A DNA stretch of 63,927 nucleotides, counting the filler, from Syncephalis fuscata S228 (taxonomy: Eukaryota > Fungi > Zoopagomycota): assembly GCA_025786725.1 (NCBI GenBank). It is 6 parts of 6 records of this genome, joined end to end, with 100 filler letters (N's around TTAATTAATTAA, not from the genome) between each part and the next. Parts side by side here need not be neighbours in the genome. Positions count along the whole stretch, not along the records: positions 1 to 12,249 come from JAHLTZ010000272.1; positions 12,350 to 34,403 come from JAHLTZ010000147.1; 4 more parts are not named here. The stretch is one strand, 5' to 3'. Positions 1-13,303 of the stretch are shown piece after piece; position 1 is the first letter of the stretch; each line of letters starts with the position of its first letter. Below the pieces are notes generated by a model. It was given only the letters and a program-made list of their open reading frames with translations. It searched no databases and had not been told where the DNA came from. A program made the position numbers and the translations under genes.

Positions 1-1331
1 GCTTTTTGTGATGGTTTCAAGAGCGCACTTGCTTTTTGTGATGGTTTCAAGAGCGCACTTGCTTTTTGTGATGGTTTCAAGAGCGCACTTGCTTTTTGTG
101 GTGGTTTCAAGAGCGCACTTGCTTTTTGTGGTGGTTTCAAGAGCGCACTTGCTTTTTGTGGTGGTTTCAAGAGCGCACTTGCTTGCTGTGGTGATCTTGT
201 GTGCGCCTCATGTTCACCATAACCATTCAGTTTTATTTGCTTTCACCCAGTTGGCCAGCAAAACAACTTATCACGTTTATTTACAACATTCCACGTACAT
301 AATTGTGGTTAACAAAAAACATAATAAATAGCCATTCACAAATAAATATAGCACAATTTTGCTGGCCAACTAGGTGGAAGCAAATAAAGCTGAATGGTTA
401 TGGTGAACATGAGGCGCACACAAGATCACCACAGCAAGCAAGTGCGCTCTTGAAACCACCACAAAAAGCAAGTGCGCTCTTGAAACCACCACAAAAAGCA
501 AGTGCGCTCTTGAAACCATCACAAAAAGCAAGTGCGCTCTTGAAACCATCACAAAAAGCAAGTGCGCACACAGACCATCACAGATAAAATGAACAGCGCA
601 GGTGTGTCTAAATGAAAATAGGTGGATTGACCAAATACAAATAAATCTTAATTGTTTACATGTTAAATAAACTAGACTACAGCTAATCATCAACATTTAT
701 ACACAGCAAATGGTCAAATATAGCACGACCAAGTTATTTTGCTTCAGATAGCATTTGTTTTTATGTTTCTATCGATTTTACAAACACCAAATTGTGCTAT
801 ATTTATTTGTGAATGGCTATTTATTATGTTTTTTGTTAACCACAATTATGTACGTGGAATGTTGTAAATAAACGTGATAAGTTGTTTTGCTGGCCAACTG
901 GGTGAAAGCAAATAAAACTGAATGGTTATGGTGAACATGAGGCGCACACAAGATCACCACAGCAAGCAAGTGCGCTCTTGAAACCACCACAAAAAGCAAG
1001 TGCGCTCTTGAAACCACCACAAAAAGCAAGTGCGCTCTTGAAACCACCACAAAAAGCAAGTGCGCTCTTGAAACCACCACAAAAAGCAAGTGCGCTCTTG
1101 AAACCATCACAAAAAGCAAGTGCGCTCTTGAAACCATCACAAAAAGCAAGTGCGCACACAGACCATCACAGATAAAATGAACAGCGCAGGTGTGTCTAAA
1201 TGAAAATAGGTGGATTGACCAAATACAAATAAATCTTAATTGTTTACATGTTAAATAAACTAGACTACAGCTAATCATCAACATTTATACACAGCAAATG
1301 GTCAAATATAGCACGACCAAGTTATTTTGCT
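1..1331. repeat. Three copies of a unit containing a 30-bp tandem repeat (GCTTTTTGTG[A/G]TGGTTTCAAGAGCGCACTT); copy 1 (1-359) is inverted relative to copies 2 (361-742) and 3 (790-1331)
   Basis: 1-359 is the reverse complement of ~790-1147. 361-742 is a near-identical direct copy of 889-1331 with 4 rather than 6 full repeat units and a few substitutions. The overlapping repetitive ORFs are by-products of the 30-bp period. Confidence 0.9.
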
Positions 1332-2000
1332 TTAAACAATATGATTTGATGACAATGTATTACGTCAAGTCTGGACAGTCATTGGCAGATTTGCATTTAT
1401 TTGGTGCACAATAAGTTTTTATTTTTTAAAATCGCTTAACGCGTATGATAACAGCAGCAAGTAGCTAGAAGTGAATTTATCGAATGCATATTTATTTTAT
1501 TTTTCAAAACGTACGGCTATAAATAAATATAAACAAATAACTAGTAAATACACACACACACATATATATATATAACTACCAAATGTATACCGTCTATTTG
1601 ATCTACAGTGATAATGTTGTTTTACTTATATTTATATCATTAACAAGATAATGAAGTTTGTTTATGACATTGAAAGCTTTTATTATAAAATCACCATATC
1701 TGGCCGGCAATTGCAACTATAAAGCACTACTGCCATACAACGTATTGACGATTTTTTGCTTGTAACGACTGGTCTATTCGTAGTATCTTTATGCGCAACG
1801 CGTCATTTAGTTACTTGAACCATATTAAAATGTCATTATCTTACCTAAAATACTAAAGCAAGTTACACTCAATACAATTACGTCCACGTTACCATTTTAA
1901 TGATAACATCAGTGGTTTATTTGACCAGCTATCCCATCTAGTTCTGCCATTGTTTTTAAATTGATATTAAACATTTTATTAATCAAACATTTTTGTATTT

Positions 2001-3400
2001 AGAATCAAATGAATACATTAGTAACATTCGCGCAGTTGAGCTAAACTTTTTTTTTGGTGAATATAAAGACAGGCGATGAGTAGCACCAATCATCAAACCA
2101 TCAAGTTATAAGTTTATTATCCTGTATACATAGATGTATTCATTCATATTACTATCATTGTACATTTATACAAACATATAGTATTTCATCATATATTAGC
2201 CAACTTTATTCAAAATTATTGTCCGTTTGGAAATAACTCCATTATTTGTGAATTCCACTCATTTCATTCATTAAGCTAAAATGCATTATTGTTTCAACAA
2301 CGTCATTTATGTCTTATCTAAAACATAAAGAGTGAGCAAATAGAAGCAAGATTTACAACGAATAAAGCTAGTGGCAAACGAACAACAGTGTTGAATAGAA
2401 TGTGATTATTAGAACATGCAACGATATAGAATAAAACAAATAGACAATAAGAGTGTATAGATAATGATGTTGAGACTGTGGTGTATATAACCTAATGAGC
2501 AAATGACTCGAAATTCATAATGAATATAGTTAGCAATAAATAGACAGCTTTTATTAGCAACTTTTGGCTATTAGATGACATAATAATCCATGATACTGAA
2601 CACAATGGCAAAATACAAACAGCGATGTTAAAGCTGTAGCGCATATTGCCCATTGAACAAATGAGTAAACAATCACAGTTAGTAGAGCTAGAATTAAACA
2701 GACAACATGTTTGAACAAAGTGTAGCAGTTATATGGTAGAGCGATACACAATATACTTAGTATACAGTGGAAACTGTACGATTAGTAGTGTTGAAGTTAC
2801 TGAGCATATATGCATGAGCCAATGAGCGATTGAGCTGAAATTTACAAAAAAATAAAGCTAGCAGTAAAAGAACAACTGCAAGAGCTATCACACAGTTACA
2901 ATATAGTATAATAACATACAATATACTGAATATGCAATATTGAGTGACGATTAGTCGTGTTAAAGTTACTGAGCATGTATGCATGATCAATGAGCAGAAT
3001 TAGTCGGCATTTATAAATAATAAAGCTAGAACAAAAATAAAAATAGTTTTGGATAGAGCAAGGCTAGGCAAGTATAGAATAGTATATAAAATGATAAATG
3101 TACGGTGAGGAAACATATAAAATGCTGTTGACGTTATAGCGCATATAGTGCAATGAGGGGAATGAGTAGAGTGTGTTGAAACATATAAACAATAGAATGT
3201 GTCTAGTATATCATAAAAGGATATATAGTAGCGTGGAATGGAATAGAAATGATATATATGAATATTGGATATATGTGTATTGGATATGTGCATACTGAAT
3301 AATGAATCTACAACGATGAGTATTTGATGATTGATGTCATTCACCATCAACTAGCATGTTCAATAGATTAGATGCTATTAAATGTAGCCATTTGACCACC
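2001..3400. mobile_element. Non-autonomous foldback/MITE-like element, family A (copy 1)
   Basis: The left end (..TCAAATGAATACATTAGTAACATTCGCGCAGTTGA) and right end (..TTAAATGTAGCCATTTGACCACC) match the inverted ends of the copies at 17.6-18.6 kb and 61.0-62.2 kb. Internal subrepeats contain AATAAAGCTAG. No coding capacity. Confidence 0.6.
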
Positions 3401-6046
3401 GGATCATGTTAAATGGCAATAAATAAGACAGCAATAAATAAATCATTGGCACTATTATTAAAATAGTTGGTGTAGATGCAGTATTAAATGTAGCTACTTG
3501 TAATCTAGCCATTCAAGTATCAGTGACTTTAATTGAATACATGTACCAGTATTATAGTTTTATTAAACATAATAAGACCATTAGACAAACTAGTAATGGA
3601 GTCACAGTGTTATGTTGATTCAGCAAACACCTCATGCGCTTCTTTATTAAATCTACCATTTCAATGTAATATATGTGTAATGCCCACCACCTCCCTCTTT
3701 ATTACCACCACTTCAATCAAACCAAAGCATTTAGCAGATGCGCAATAGCAATGCCACTTAGTGTTGGGTAATATAAACCAGATAAGTATATGTCCCATTT
3801 AGAATCCAGTCCAAACAATAGTACCAACGACAGTATACAGTATTGTTGTCGATGCTTGTGCCAACGAATTCTATAGTTGGTATTGTAAGTTGCATGCAAA
3901 ATATTTGTGCCCGATAACAAATGCAGTCAGATATACTTGTCGATCCGGCACCAATGCTCGAATAGCTATAATAAAAGTGCGTTAGTATTGTTTAGTAGTA
4001 ATAAGCACCTACATCTAGTTGATTGTTCCTTGCGTATAGTTTATAGCGTACATGAGTGCAGTTGTTTGTATATTGTTGTTAGTTGTTATACAAATAAACT
4101 AGAAATGTTGTTAAAGTTGTTAAACAAGATAGCAGCTAATATAGCAACTATACGTCCACCTGGAGTACCGACAATACTACGACTTGGGCGTAAGTAACAT
4201 TTGTCGGATGCGTACGGCTCTATATTAGCTGCTATCTTGATGGCGATGCTGTTCAATAAATGTTACAAGATGCCATGGCAATTCAAGCGTAGCAATAAGC
4301 TGCACCAAGCTATGGATTCACCCATTTGTAGTTGGTGTTTAGAGCTAAACACATGAACACCACAGCATATTACAACTAAACAACACATCGCCATATACTG
4401 ATATGTCATTAAATGATTGTAATATAGTAACCAGTCTACGCTAAGACATTATCAGTAGTAGAGATGCCATTTGTTTTCGGTCGTTAGTCCTTGTTTATGT
4501 CAGTGTTGTATAGAGTATCTAGCACGGCAGTTGAAAACTAAAATGGTATGGCGACTAGTGTTCTATTACAATCGTTTAACAACACCCACAGGTAAACAGT
4601 GTAATGCATGGTATTCAGTACGAATAAGCCACATATCACACCAGTCTAGTGTGCAATGATAGTATTCAGCAAGTTGAAGGCTATCAAACACACCTCCAGT
4701 GCACGTTCAATACAAGTGAGCACTAACATATGACCACCCATGCAGGTCGCCGCATCAACATGAGGGGAGTGCACAGCAATACTGACTTGCTAAACACAGT
4801 ACTGCACACCCTGTTATCCCACATATCTCCGCACTATGCCAGTATACAGCCGCCTAATACAGGCAGCCATATAGTTGCTGAGCTAGTATAACACAATAGT
4901 CTGCACTATTGTACTCTACATTCAACACAGCTCAAATGCATAACGTAGTATGTCGTGATCAACCAACAAGGAGACCACTCACCACTGGATATAGCTACTA
5001 GAACAGATGCTTCCATTAACAAGCGGTTTATAGCATATTAACAACTAGAAACAAGAGAAAGTGAAGTAATGAGCAAAAGTACTCTCGGCGCAACCTTATA
5101 AACTTGGTCCAAAATATATCCACCAATTAGAATGGGCAATATTGGTAAAGAGTACATGGCGACTGTTCATTGGCATATTGCACCTGACTGGACCATTTTA
5201 GTGAGCAGCCACTATCTATAATACGCTATTTATGTTACTTGAATTGTATCACTACTTTATCAGTATCATGTAGATATTATCTTATCAACATATCACTCTA
5301 CATCCCTTCCTTTGTTCCACATTTGCTCGCTTTCGCCTTTTATATTTGTTAATTTTTTCTTACAAACTGTCATTTTTTAACTGGTGTCTATCACCATATT
5401 TTATTAAATAAAATCATTAGAAATGACAAAATACAATTGATGTTCAAAGGTACCAAATTGCAAAATGTAAATAATTTTGGTGTGAGCTGATGTTAACTAT
5501 GAGTGCTATGATTCTTCAATGTAGAATGAACCGAATAGTTTTCAATTACTAAATATGATAATGATAATTAAAATAAATCAATGTAATCATAAATCATAGT
5601 AATGTGTTACATTACCATGCTTCTGCCACCTGAACATTTTACTCATTACTAATTTCCTTTGATCTTTAGCCATTGACAATTGTACATGGCTAAACTAGCC
5701 TTCTCGTCTTTGCATTACTCGTCATGTACCGGTAAGTTAATTGTGTCAAACAGTTATCTATCATTGATTGAGCATTTGCCAACTATATGTTGTATCACTC
5801 TACAGTTAAACGCGCATTTTTTTCAGAATATGTAGCTAAATATTACTAAACCTTAGTGAATACTTTGTGTTCTCTACAAACACAAGTGATACATGTTGCC
5901 ATATTTTGATTCCGAATAAAAGTGAATAACTTTGTATTTATCATATAAAAAACCATGTTTTATTTATATACTAACAAAACAACAACGATGGTTAGATTAG
6001 GACGCAGAAATAGGATAATAATAAAGCACCATTATGTTTATCTGCG

Positions 6047-7360
6047 TTAATAAAGTAAAAGATTATTTAATCCTACTCGATACTCAGGATTGACTACCAA
6101 AAGCTCGTCTACATTACTACCAAGAGAGTGCATAGCTTGTACAACCGCTGGTTTCATGTTGATTGGAATGGTCGATTGCCAGTTATCAATACAGTATATA
6201 TTTAAAAAACTTAAATATTCATAAATAGGCATTACCGACCATTGGCCCTGCCGATAATGGTAGCCAAATAGTGGTACTTTTGCAAAAACATGATACAACA
6301 CAGAGCCTACTGCCCATGCGTCACGTTTAATAAGATTAACATATTTTTTAACCGTTGTCTCCGGTGCTTCAAAACCAATAGTACGAGTCAAAGGTTCATT
6401 GTCAATTAAATGCTCATCGCTAGAATCGTAACGTAATCCCACAGCATTGTCTAAATCAATAAGCATGATATGAACGTTATTGGGGTCTTCATCGTTTACC
6501 ATAATATCTAAAAGTATCAAGATAAAGTAAGATAATTGCTACAGACAATTTGGTATGAATAAGCGTAAACCTACTGGATGTGCTAATATCACCGTGAGAT
6601 ACACTGATGTCATGTAAGAAATTAACAGCTAATATGATAACATATAATAATTAGATGTGTTATGTTATAATTATATCTATTACCATGAACTATCTGCTTA
6701 AATAAGCGCTTCATAACAGCTACGGCTGCTTGCAAATCGAGTCCCCTAGTAAACACATCTAACTTTTTGGTGCCACCATAGCTAAGCACCATACAATAAT
6801 GGCTATTGACCCAGAAGCTATGCAGTCGTCTTACAATCCACTGGCTACCTTGATGGTTTGCATAGCTTGGATCTTTTTGTCGTTCATTTATATACTGTAG
6901 AAAGATATAGCAGTTGATTAATGCTTTTGTATAATTCATCAAATGGCATAGCAAAGCTTTTACTTACTTTAAGATATTCATTTTCTCTTATAAACCTTGT
7001 CTTCATGGACGAACATTTTAGAAACGCCTTTTTTTTCTGATAAAGCACATCAGCTGTGACTACAAACTCGCTTTGTGAGCCCCACTTGGTAATCACTAAA
7101 TCATCCTCAGAATACGGGCTTGGCGTGTTCACCTTTTCCTTAAACATAATTTCGTGTATGCTATCGACAGTATATATGCTAGAAAAACTTGAAGAAAGGC
7201 TTGGTACTGAAGATATAGATATACTTTTTTCTAATGCTACATCTTGTCTATTATCATTAGATGGCAATGTTGGTGATGGTAGAGCAGCAACAGGAGATTC
7301 ACATATCTTTATAAGCAACAAAGTGCTCCATAAAATAAGTAAAAAACGTAAATATTTCAT
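6047..7360 (-). CDS. Protein kinase-like protein with N-terminal signal peptide (4 exons), candidate secreted kinase
   Basis: ATG at 7360 begins MKYLRFLLILWSTLLLIKICESPVAALP. Spliced exons (~7360-6968, 6894-6684, 6628-6575, ~6507-6047) give AFLK, HGDISTSN (catalytic loop), LIDLD (DFG equivalent), GFEAPE and DAWAVG. Confidence 0.8.
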
Positions 7361-8367
7361 TGGGTAGAAATTTTTAACTTGATGTAGCATAAAAATAAAG
7401 TATAAATATAATCTATTTGATGCTTTATATAATTTGACTAACAACGACTTGCACACATGCCATTGTATACTAAATAGCATAATAACATGTGGCGGTTTAC
7501 ATTTATATACATCGCTAATCAAACTGGAATTTAAATTTATAAGAGTTGCTCAACTAGTGCTAATGCCAAAACGATAGCTATAATTAGAAATGCTCTATTA
7601 CCATATGCGTATTTTTTTTTCGGATCTTATTCAAACAATACATATATTTGGCAATTTGTGTAGACTAGATAGTAATGGGGTATAACGCGTGCCATTTCAG
7701 CACTAAAAGAGTATATAATTATACGCGGATTTCCATTTTGTATATTGATCGCTTGATTGAGATTTAAATTTATTAGTACCACTCACTTAGTGCTAATGAT
7801 AAAATAGCAATTATACAGCGTAATGCATACTCGACTCGTTTTATACATCTAAATTGGTATATAATCATCTACTATTTATATTTACAACATGTCAAATACT
7901 ATATTCCTACTTGATATTTAACGTACTTAACACGCATATGCTACACTCATAAATCAAGTTCAGCTTAGCTATTATGTATATTATATAGTTATAATTAACT
8001 AATATAATAAGCAAATATTACCCATATTAGTAGTATTTATTATTATCATATTGTATATATATCTAATAAAAATGTATATAACTATTATTAAATAAATAAT
8101 AGTAGCAATAAGATAAAGGTATAATATAGTGTAAAATGTGATATATTTTAATCAATTTTAATAATTAATATTGATATATACTAATTTATTTAATTAAATA
8201 CAAATAAAATGACTTTTTAAAATTAAAATACAAATATTATATAAACAACTGTATTAAATTAATAGTAAACGCCCAAAGCTTAAGCTAAAATATAATAATA
8301 GCCAAATTACGGAGTTTTAATTTGAGTTTTGAAATAAGTATGTAATTTTACGTTAAAAAATATCCGA

Positions 8368-8440
8368 GGGCGCATGGCCAAATGGATAAGGCGCCTGACT
8401 ACGGATCAGGAGATTCCAGGTTCGAGTCCTGGTGTGCTCG
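8368..8440 (+). tRNA. tRNA-Arg (anticodon ACG)
   Basis: 73-nt cloverleaf: acceptor GGGCGCA/TGTGCTC, D-arm, anticodon arm CCTGA-CTACGGA-TCAGG, T-arm CCAGG-TTCGAGT-CCTGG. A T-run follows shortly downstream. Confidence 0.97.
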
Positions 8441-9005
8441 GATATTTTGCTTCAGCAAACTTTTTACATTTTGCTATTTATTTTTACTCAGCCATTCAGC
8501 AAATACTTTTTTATTTAAAAAATCAACAATAGCGGCCTTACAAGAGCCAAATTTTAGCTGTACAAACACAATTGAATAATAAAACATTTATTTATGTATA
8601 TATTACTGTATTAAATATACTAAATACATATTTAAATGATTAATAGACAGTCAGGTTATATACAACACAAACCACCATAGCCTTTATTAAATAAACAATT
8701 GCATAATAGCTTATTAATACTACTGTACTTTTAGATATAAAATAACAAATATAAACACTATACAGTATTATAAATAAGACTGTTTATTAATTAATTGTGT
8801 AACCATTGTACAACAATCTATTATATACTTAATAAATCAATATATATTACATTACAACCAATATATAATAGCAATACTAATTTATTAGCTAACTTTATAT
8901 TATACCATTGACTGATAAACCATTCTTTATTTTCTTAATAGTTATTGATAATGGAATGTTGTAATGCACAAGTCTTGACTACTGTTGTTAATCCTACGAC
9001 CGCCA

Positions 9006-12000
9006 CTACATGTCGTCATCGTCATCTACATCCATGGCTGCCACATTAGCACCATTGACGGCATTCTTCATACGGGCTAGTCGTTCACGTAGATCGGCCA
9101 TAGTTTGAGCACGTTCCGTATCTGCAGCAGCAGCAGTCGATGATGACTGTGATTGACCTGCATCCTTAATTTGCTAACCAATCAATCAATCGACTATCAA
9201 TAATTACTAATAGCTACTTACTTGGTAATCAAATCCGATGGGCACTGATGCTCGTTTAGTAGCATCTAATGCAGCATGGGAAGGTGTTCTACTAGGAAAG
9301 ATCATCGATCCAGGACGAGAGGAGGCCGGTGAAGACTATTAACACAAATATCAATTAGTTTAGTGGCTATTAGACGTATTAGATACGTACATCTTGGCTT
9401 TGATAACCAAACATTTGTTGCAATCGCTGTAATCGCTGTCTATAAGCATCACTCTCTCCTATTATAATAAATAATAAATAAATAAATAAATAAAATCTAT
9501 TATTAATTACTTACCACCCATAGTAGAACTGCTCATATCTGATGATGTATCAGAAATGGTCGATATACGTCTAGTTACACTATTTGATCTGGATGGCGAT
9601 ATAGGCGGTGTACTGCCACTTGGGCTGGTGAGCGATTCGCCTCGGTCGGCAGCAATATTGGCCAAGGTGCGACGAATATAGCTCTGGAATGTACCGGCCT
9701 TCTTTAAAAACGTTTCAATAGCTTCACCTTCATTAGGATGGTCCCTCTGGAACTCATACAACTCCATAATTCCCTAACCAACATTATCGTTATAAATACA
9801 CACGTATGTATACCTACACACAGTACTATATAACTTACTTGTTTGGTACGTTCACTTGTACTGATCTTCATAAATATTTGTGAAAGAGTGGCGTGGATCG
9901 GATCTGTTGGTGATTTGAGTGATGGTGATTCCCTATTCGCAGTAGAGCTGTATCCATTACTGCCGCCATATCGATCGGAACGGTCGCCAGACGGTGAGCT
10001 AGACGAACCAGCAGTGCTAGGTGGCCGGTCATCGCTTCTATCCTCTGCTGCCATCGCTCGTCGTGTACCGGTGGTTGATCCGTCATCACTACCATTCTCC
10101 GGTATCGATGCCACTCTTGAACCGGGTCGTGAACCGCCATCTTCAATGACAGGTGCCCGTTTACGCGTTGGATCAATGATGTGACTCAAATAGCTATACA
10201 AATAGCTTTTCTCCACATCCGGAATAAGTGTGAGTTGTGACAATACTTGATCGCCCCAGGCTGCCTTCACTTCATGTAGAATGGTTTTAATCGTCTTTTG
10301 CGGCATATCACCCAATGGTACACGTTCAGCCACTCGACGTTTCCATTCAGCTGGTGGTAATGCTACGTAGAATTTATGCACATTAAATAGCAGTACTGGT
10401 GTATCCAGTTCCTGCTGTTTAATACTATCTTGAAGTGTTTTGGTCAGTTTCCAAATACACTTCATAACTAATTCGGCAAACTTTGTTTGGAATTCTATTT
10501 GTGCCTTATCTGTGGTACGTAGCATGACCGAACTCGATTGCAGCACCGATAACAACGCACTACAAATCAATCCAGTCAACCACTATTATATAATTAAATA
10601 TCTATTTCTTACCTAAATGCTACATCACGTCGTGTATTATCAAGTATACGAATCATAAGAATGTTAAGGGCCCGCGTTAGCTGTGCACCCGTCTCCCATT
10701 GTTGTAAGCTTTGGTCAAGTAGTCGACGTAGTAACTCTTTAAGTAACTGATGCAAGTAGTCTTCAGTCACTTCCGTGGCAATTTCCCGTTTGGAAAATAG
10801 CTGCACTAAACAATTCATTAAATGTTTGCACAGTTTAACAAATGTTTGTGACTCCGTGTCGAGTGATGTAAATGAAATATCTATTTGAAGTGTAATCGCC
10901 TTTACCAGTTCATTAACAAACGGTATGATCTTTGATATATCTTCAGCCAGGTATACTTCAAGCTGTTTAAGACCATGAATACTACGATGTGAATCGCCAC
11001 TGTTAATCTCATCCTTTAATAGACGTGGTTCAATCGCACGTCGTTCAGGACGGACTGGTTTCTGAACCGGCATTTGAGGTGTAGGTGGCATATCAGCCGG
11101 TATTTGATGATCTGTTTCCATAGGGACATCGTTATCCGCGTCATCCGATGCTTGTGGCAAATTTAGCTTATTAAGCTGTAGACCAAATTGCCGTGGTGGC
11201 GTCATAGCACTATTGTTGCCACCCGCACTTGCACCAAATTGTGGACGGCGCAGTGACGAACCACCCAGTTCACGTGGCTGTAATCGTGATGGTATTTGAC
11301 GTGGTCGTTGTAATTGCTGTGACTGTTGTTGTGCCGGTGGTTCAGTATCAATATCCATATCCATTTCATGATCTGGTTCTGGCGTAACGGCGGTGGGTGG
11401 TCGTGGTCGATTTCGGTATAATAATGACCCACCACCGGGTGCCGGTATACCCGATCCACCACCACCACCGGGCACAGGAATGCTTGATCCACCACCACTA
11501 CCGGGTGCCGGTATACCCGATGTGGGTGCTTTCAAACGAGCCTTTTGGAATGAAAATATAGGTGCAGGTTCTTCTTCTTCCGGTCCAGCATCTGGTTCTT
11601 CATCAAAACCCGGTGGTTTATTACGACGGAATCGCTCCTCCAACATATCTTTGTCCTTTTCAGATATACGGCCTAGATATTTATGCACTGCACTGCCCAC
11701 CAATAAATAGGCTTGGAGAATAGCATTCATAGCACCATTTCGCACTGCTGGATCACGATCGCCTATATGCGCAGCAATGGTCGGCAATGCCTTTTGCGGT
11801 GTGCATACAGTTAAATTGTTACGCTGTATTAACAGGCCTAATTCCTCCAGCGACTCGGCACGGGTACGGGCATTTTTTGACTTTAATCCATGATCCATTA
11901 TAGTGGCAAATATACGACTGGCTGGACATATGCGGGTCATTTGCTTTAAACTAGCCCGAACACGTACACGAATTGTATCATTCTTTTCACCCAGCTATAG

Positions 12001-12249
12001 CACAACTAACATGAATACTAGTACCAACATAAATATACAATCTACCTACCTTGTTGACAAAATGCGGCAAGAAGGCATTGGCTTCATATTCGGTCATTCT
12101 ATAGCCGGCTTCATCAAGCATAGTGAATAAATGCTCAATAAGATCCATACAGCGTAGTTGCATTGTAGTACCGTTATCATAGAGTCGAATCGATAAGTAC
12201 TTTAGAATTAGATCCGCATTAGCCATAAATACGTTGATTCATCTCTTCA
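9006..12249 (-). CDS. STU2: XMAP215/Dis1/Stu2/Alp14 family microtubule polymerase, 3' part (5' end cut by contig linker), multi-exon
   Basis: TOG/HEAT motifs (DLILKYLSIRLYD, GLKSKNARTRAESLEELG, IGDRDPAVRNGA, FAELVMKCIWKLTK) and the C-terminal DLRERLARMK coil. Stop TAG at 9008-9006. Confidence 0.88.
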
Positions 12250-12349
12250 NNNNNNNNNNNNNNNNNNNNNNNNNNNNNNNNNNNNNNNNNNNNTTAATTA
12301 ATTAANNNNNNNNNNNNNNNNNNNNNNNNNNNNNNNNNNNNNNNNNNNN
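12250..12349. other. Artificial contig linker (N44-TTAATTAATTAA-N44)
   Basis: An identical 100-nt linker with six-frame stops occurs five times in the window. Confidence 0.97.
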
Positions 12350-12784
12350 TAAACACGTATTTGAACTATTACAAACAATTACTTTGTAAAATGGCTATTA
12401 TTTGTAAAATATTATTTTATTAGCTAGTACTGCATAATTGTATTTAAATGAATATGCACAATCATTGTAGTGTTGTTATATATAATAAAATAATTACTAT
12501 AACTTTTAAAGCTTTGTGTGTATAGTGTCGTTCTTGTAACATAGGTAATGGAGGCATATCCATCCATGCACACTTTTTCATTTTAAATAAGTTATGACTT
12601 GGATTGCTTATACAATATTAAATAATCTTTGCTAGTGTTTACTATGTTATAATGCACTTTCATATATAAATAATAAAGACTGTTTGACATTGTTTACGCT
12701 TATAAACAGTTGATATTGCTGTATTGATATTTTAATTTAGCACTAGCAAATTCATAATAATATATTATAATTACAATTGATTAT

Positions 12785-13209
12785 TTAAAGACGCGATATA
12801 AGAATTAACATAGCAGTATAAGTCGATAGAACGATTATCATGGTGGCCACGACGTAGCGACCACTTGTACGAAATGGCATCCATACATCACGATGATCAT
12901 AAAGTAGTTTGTGTCGTCGTATCAGTCCTATTACTAGCATGGCCAGTCCAAGTACAACAAAAACAATGCCCATGGCAAAAAACTCGTTGGCAAACAGACG
13001 CAACACAACAACACCGCTGCCGAGTGCATTCAACGCGGTTCGTGTGTAAGCACCTTCAAATGTACGCTCAAGTGCTGGCTAGTGTAAGTTTAACGTTTGA
13101 TAGTAGCGCAGAGCGGTAACCTACCACGAATCTCTAGTAAATCATCCGAGTTTAATTCTCGCGGCGTAGTTACGCCCGACGTTTGAGAAGATCTACCAAT
13201 GAAATGCAT
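12785..13209 (-). CDS. DUF202 (YidH-like) small membrane protein, 2 exons
   Basis: MHFIGRSS...DLLEIR|ALERTFEGAYTRTALNALG followed by three hydrophobic segments. The intron runs GTAGGT...CCAG. Confidence 0.75.
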
Positions 13210-13303
13210 ACTTGACAAAATATTCAACTGTAAAATGGTGTAGTGTAAAAGAAAAATAATTATTTACGTAGATGCTCGTTGCCTTTTATTTATTCTTTTT
13301 ACT

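Noticed and set aside
1-1160. Telomeric repeat or repeat-peptide (KEP/RiPP-like) precursor
   Set aside because: The arrays are short and bounded by unique flanks. There is no signal peptide, no dibasic processing sites and no credible start in the repeat frames.
3430-5150. Moderately GC-richer stretch with short ORFs (possible decayed gene or TE)
   Set aside because: I found no recognisable motifs or consistent spliced frame.
12250-12349. TTAATTAATTAA palindrome within N runs as a biological motif
   Set aside because: It is an identical 100-nt artificial linker used five times. Synteny across linkers is not meaningful.
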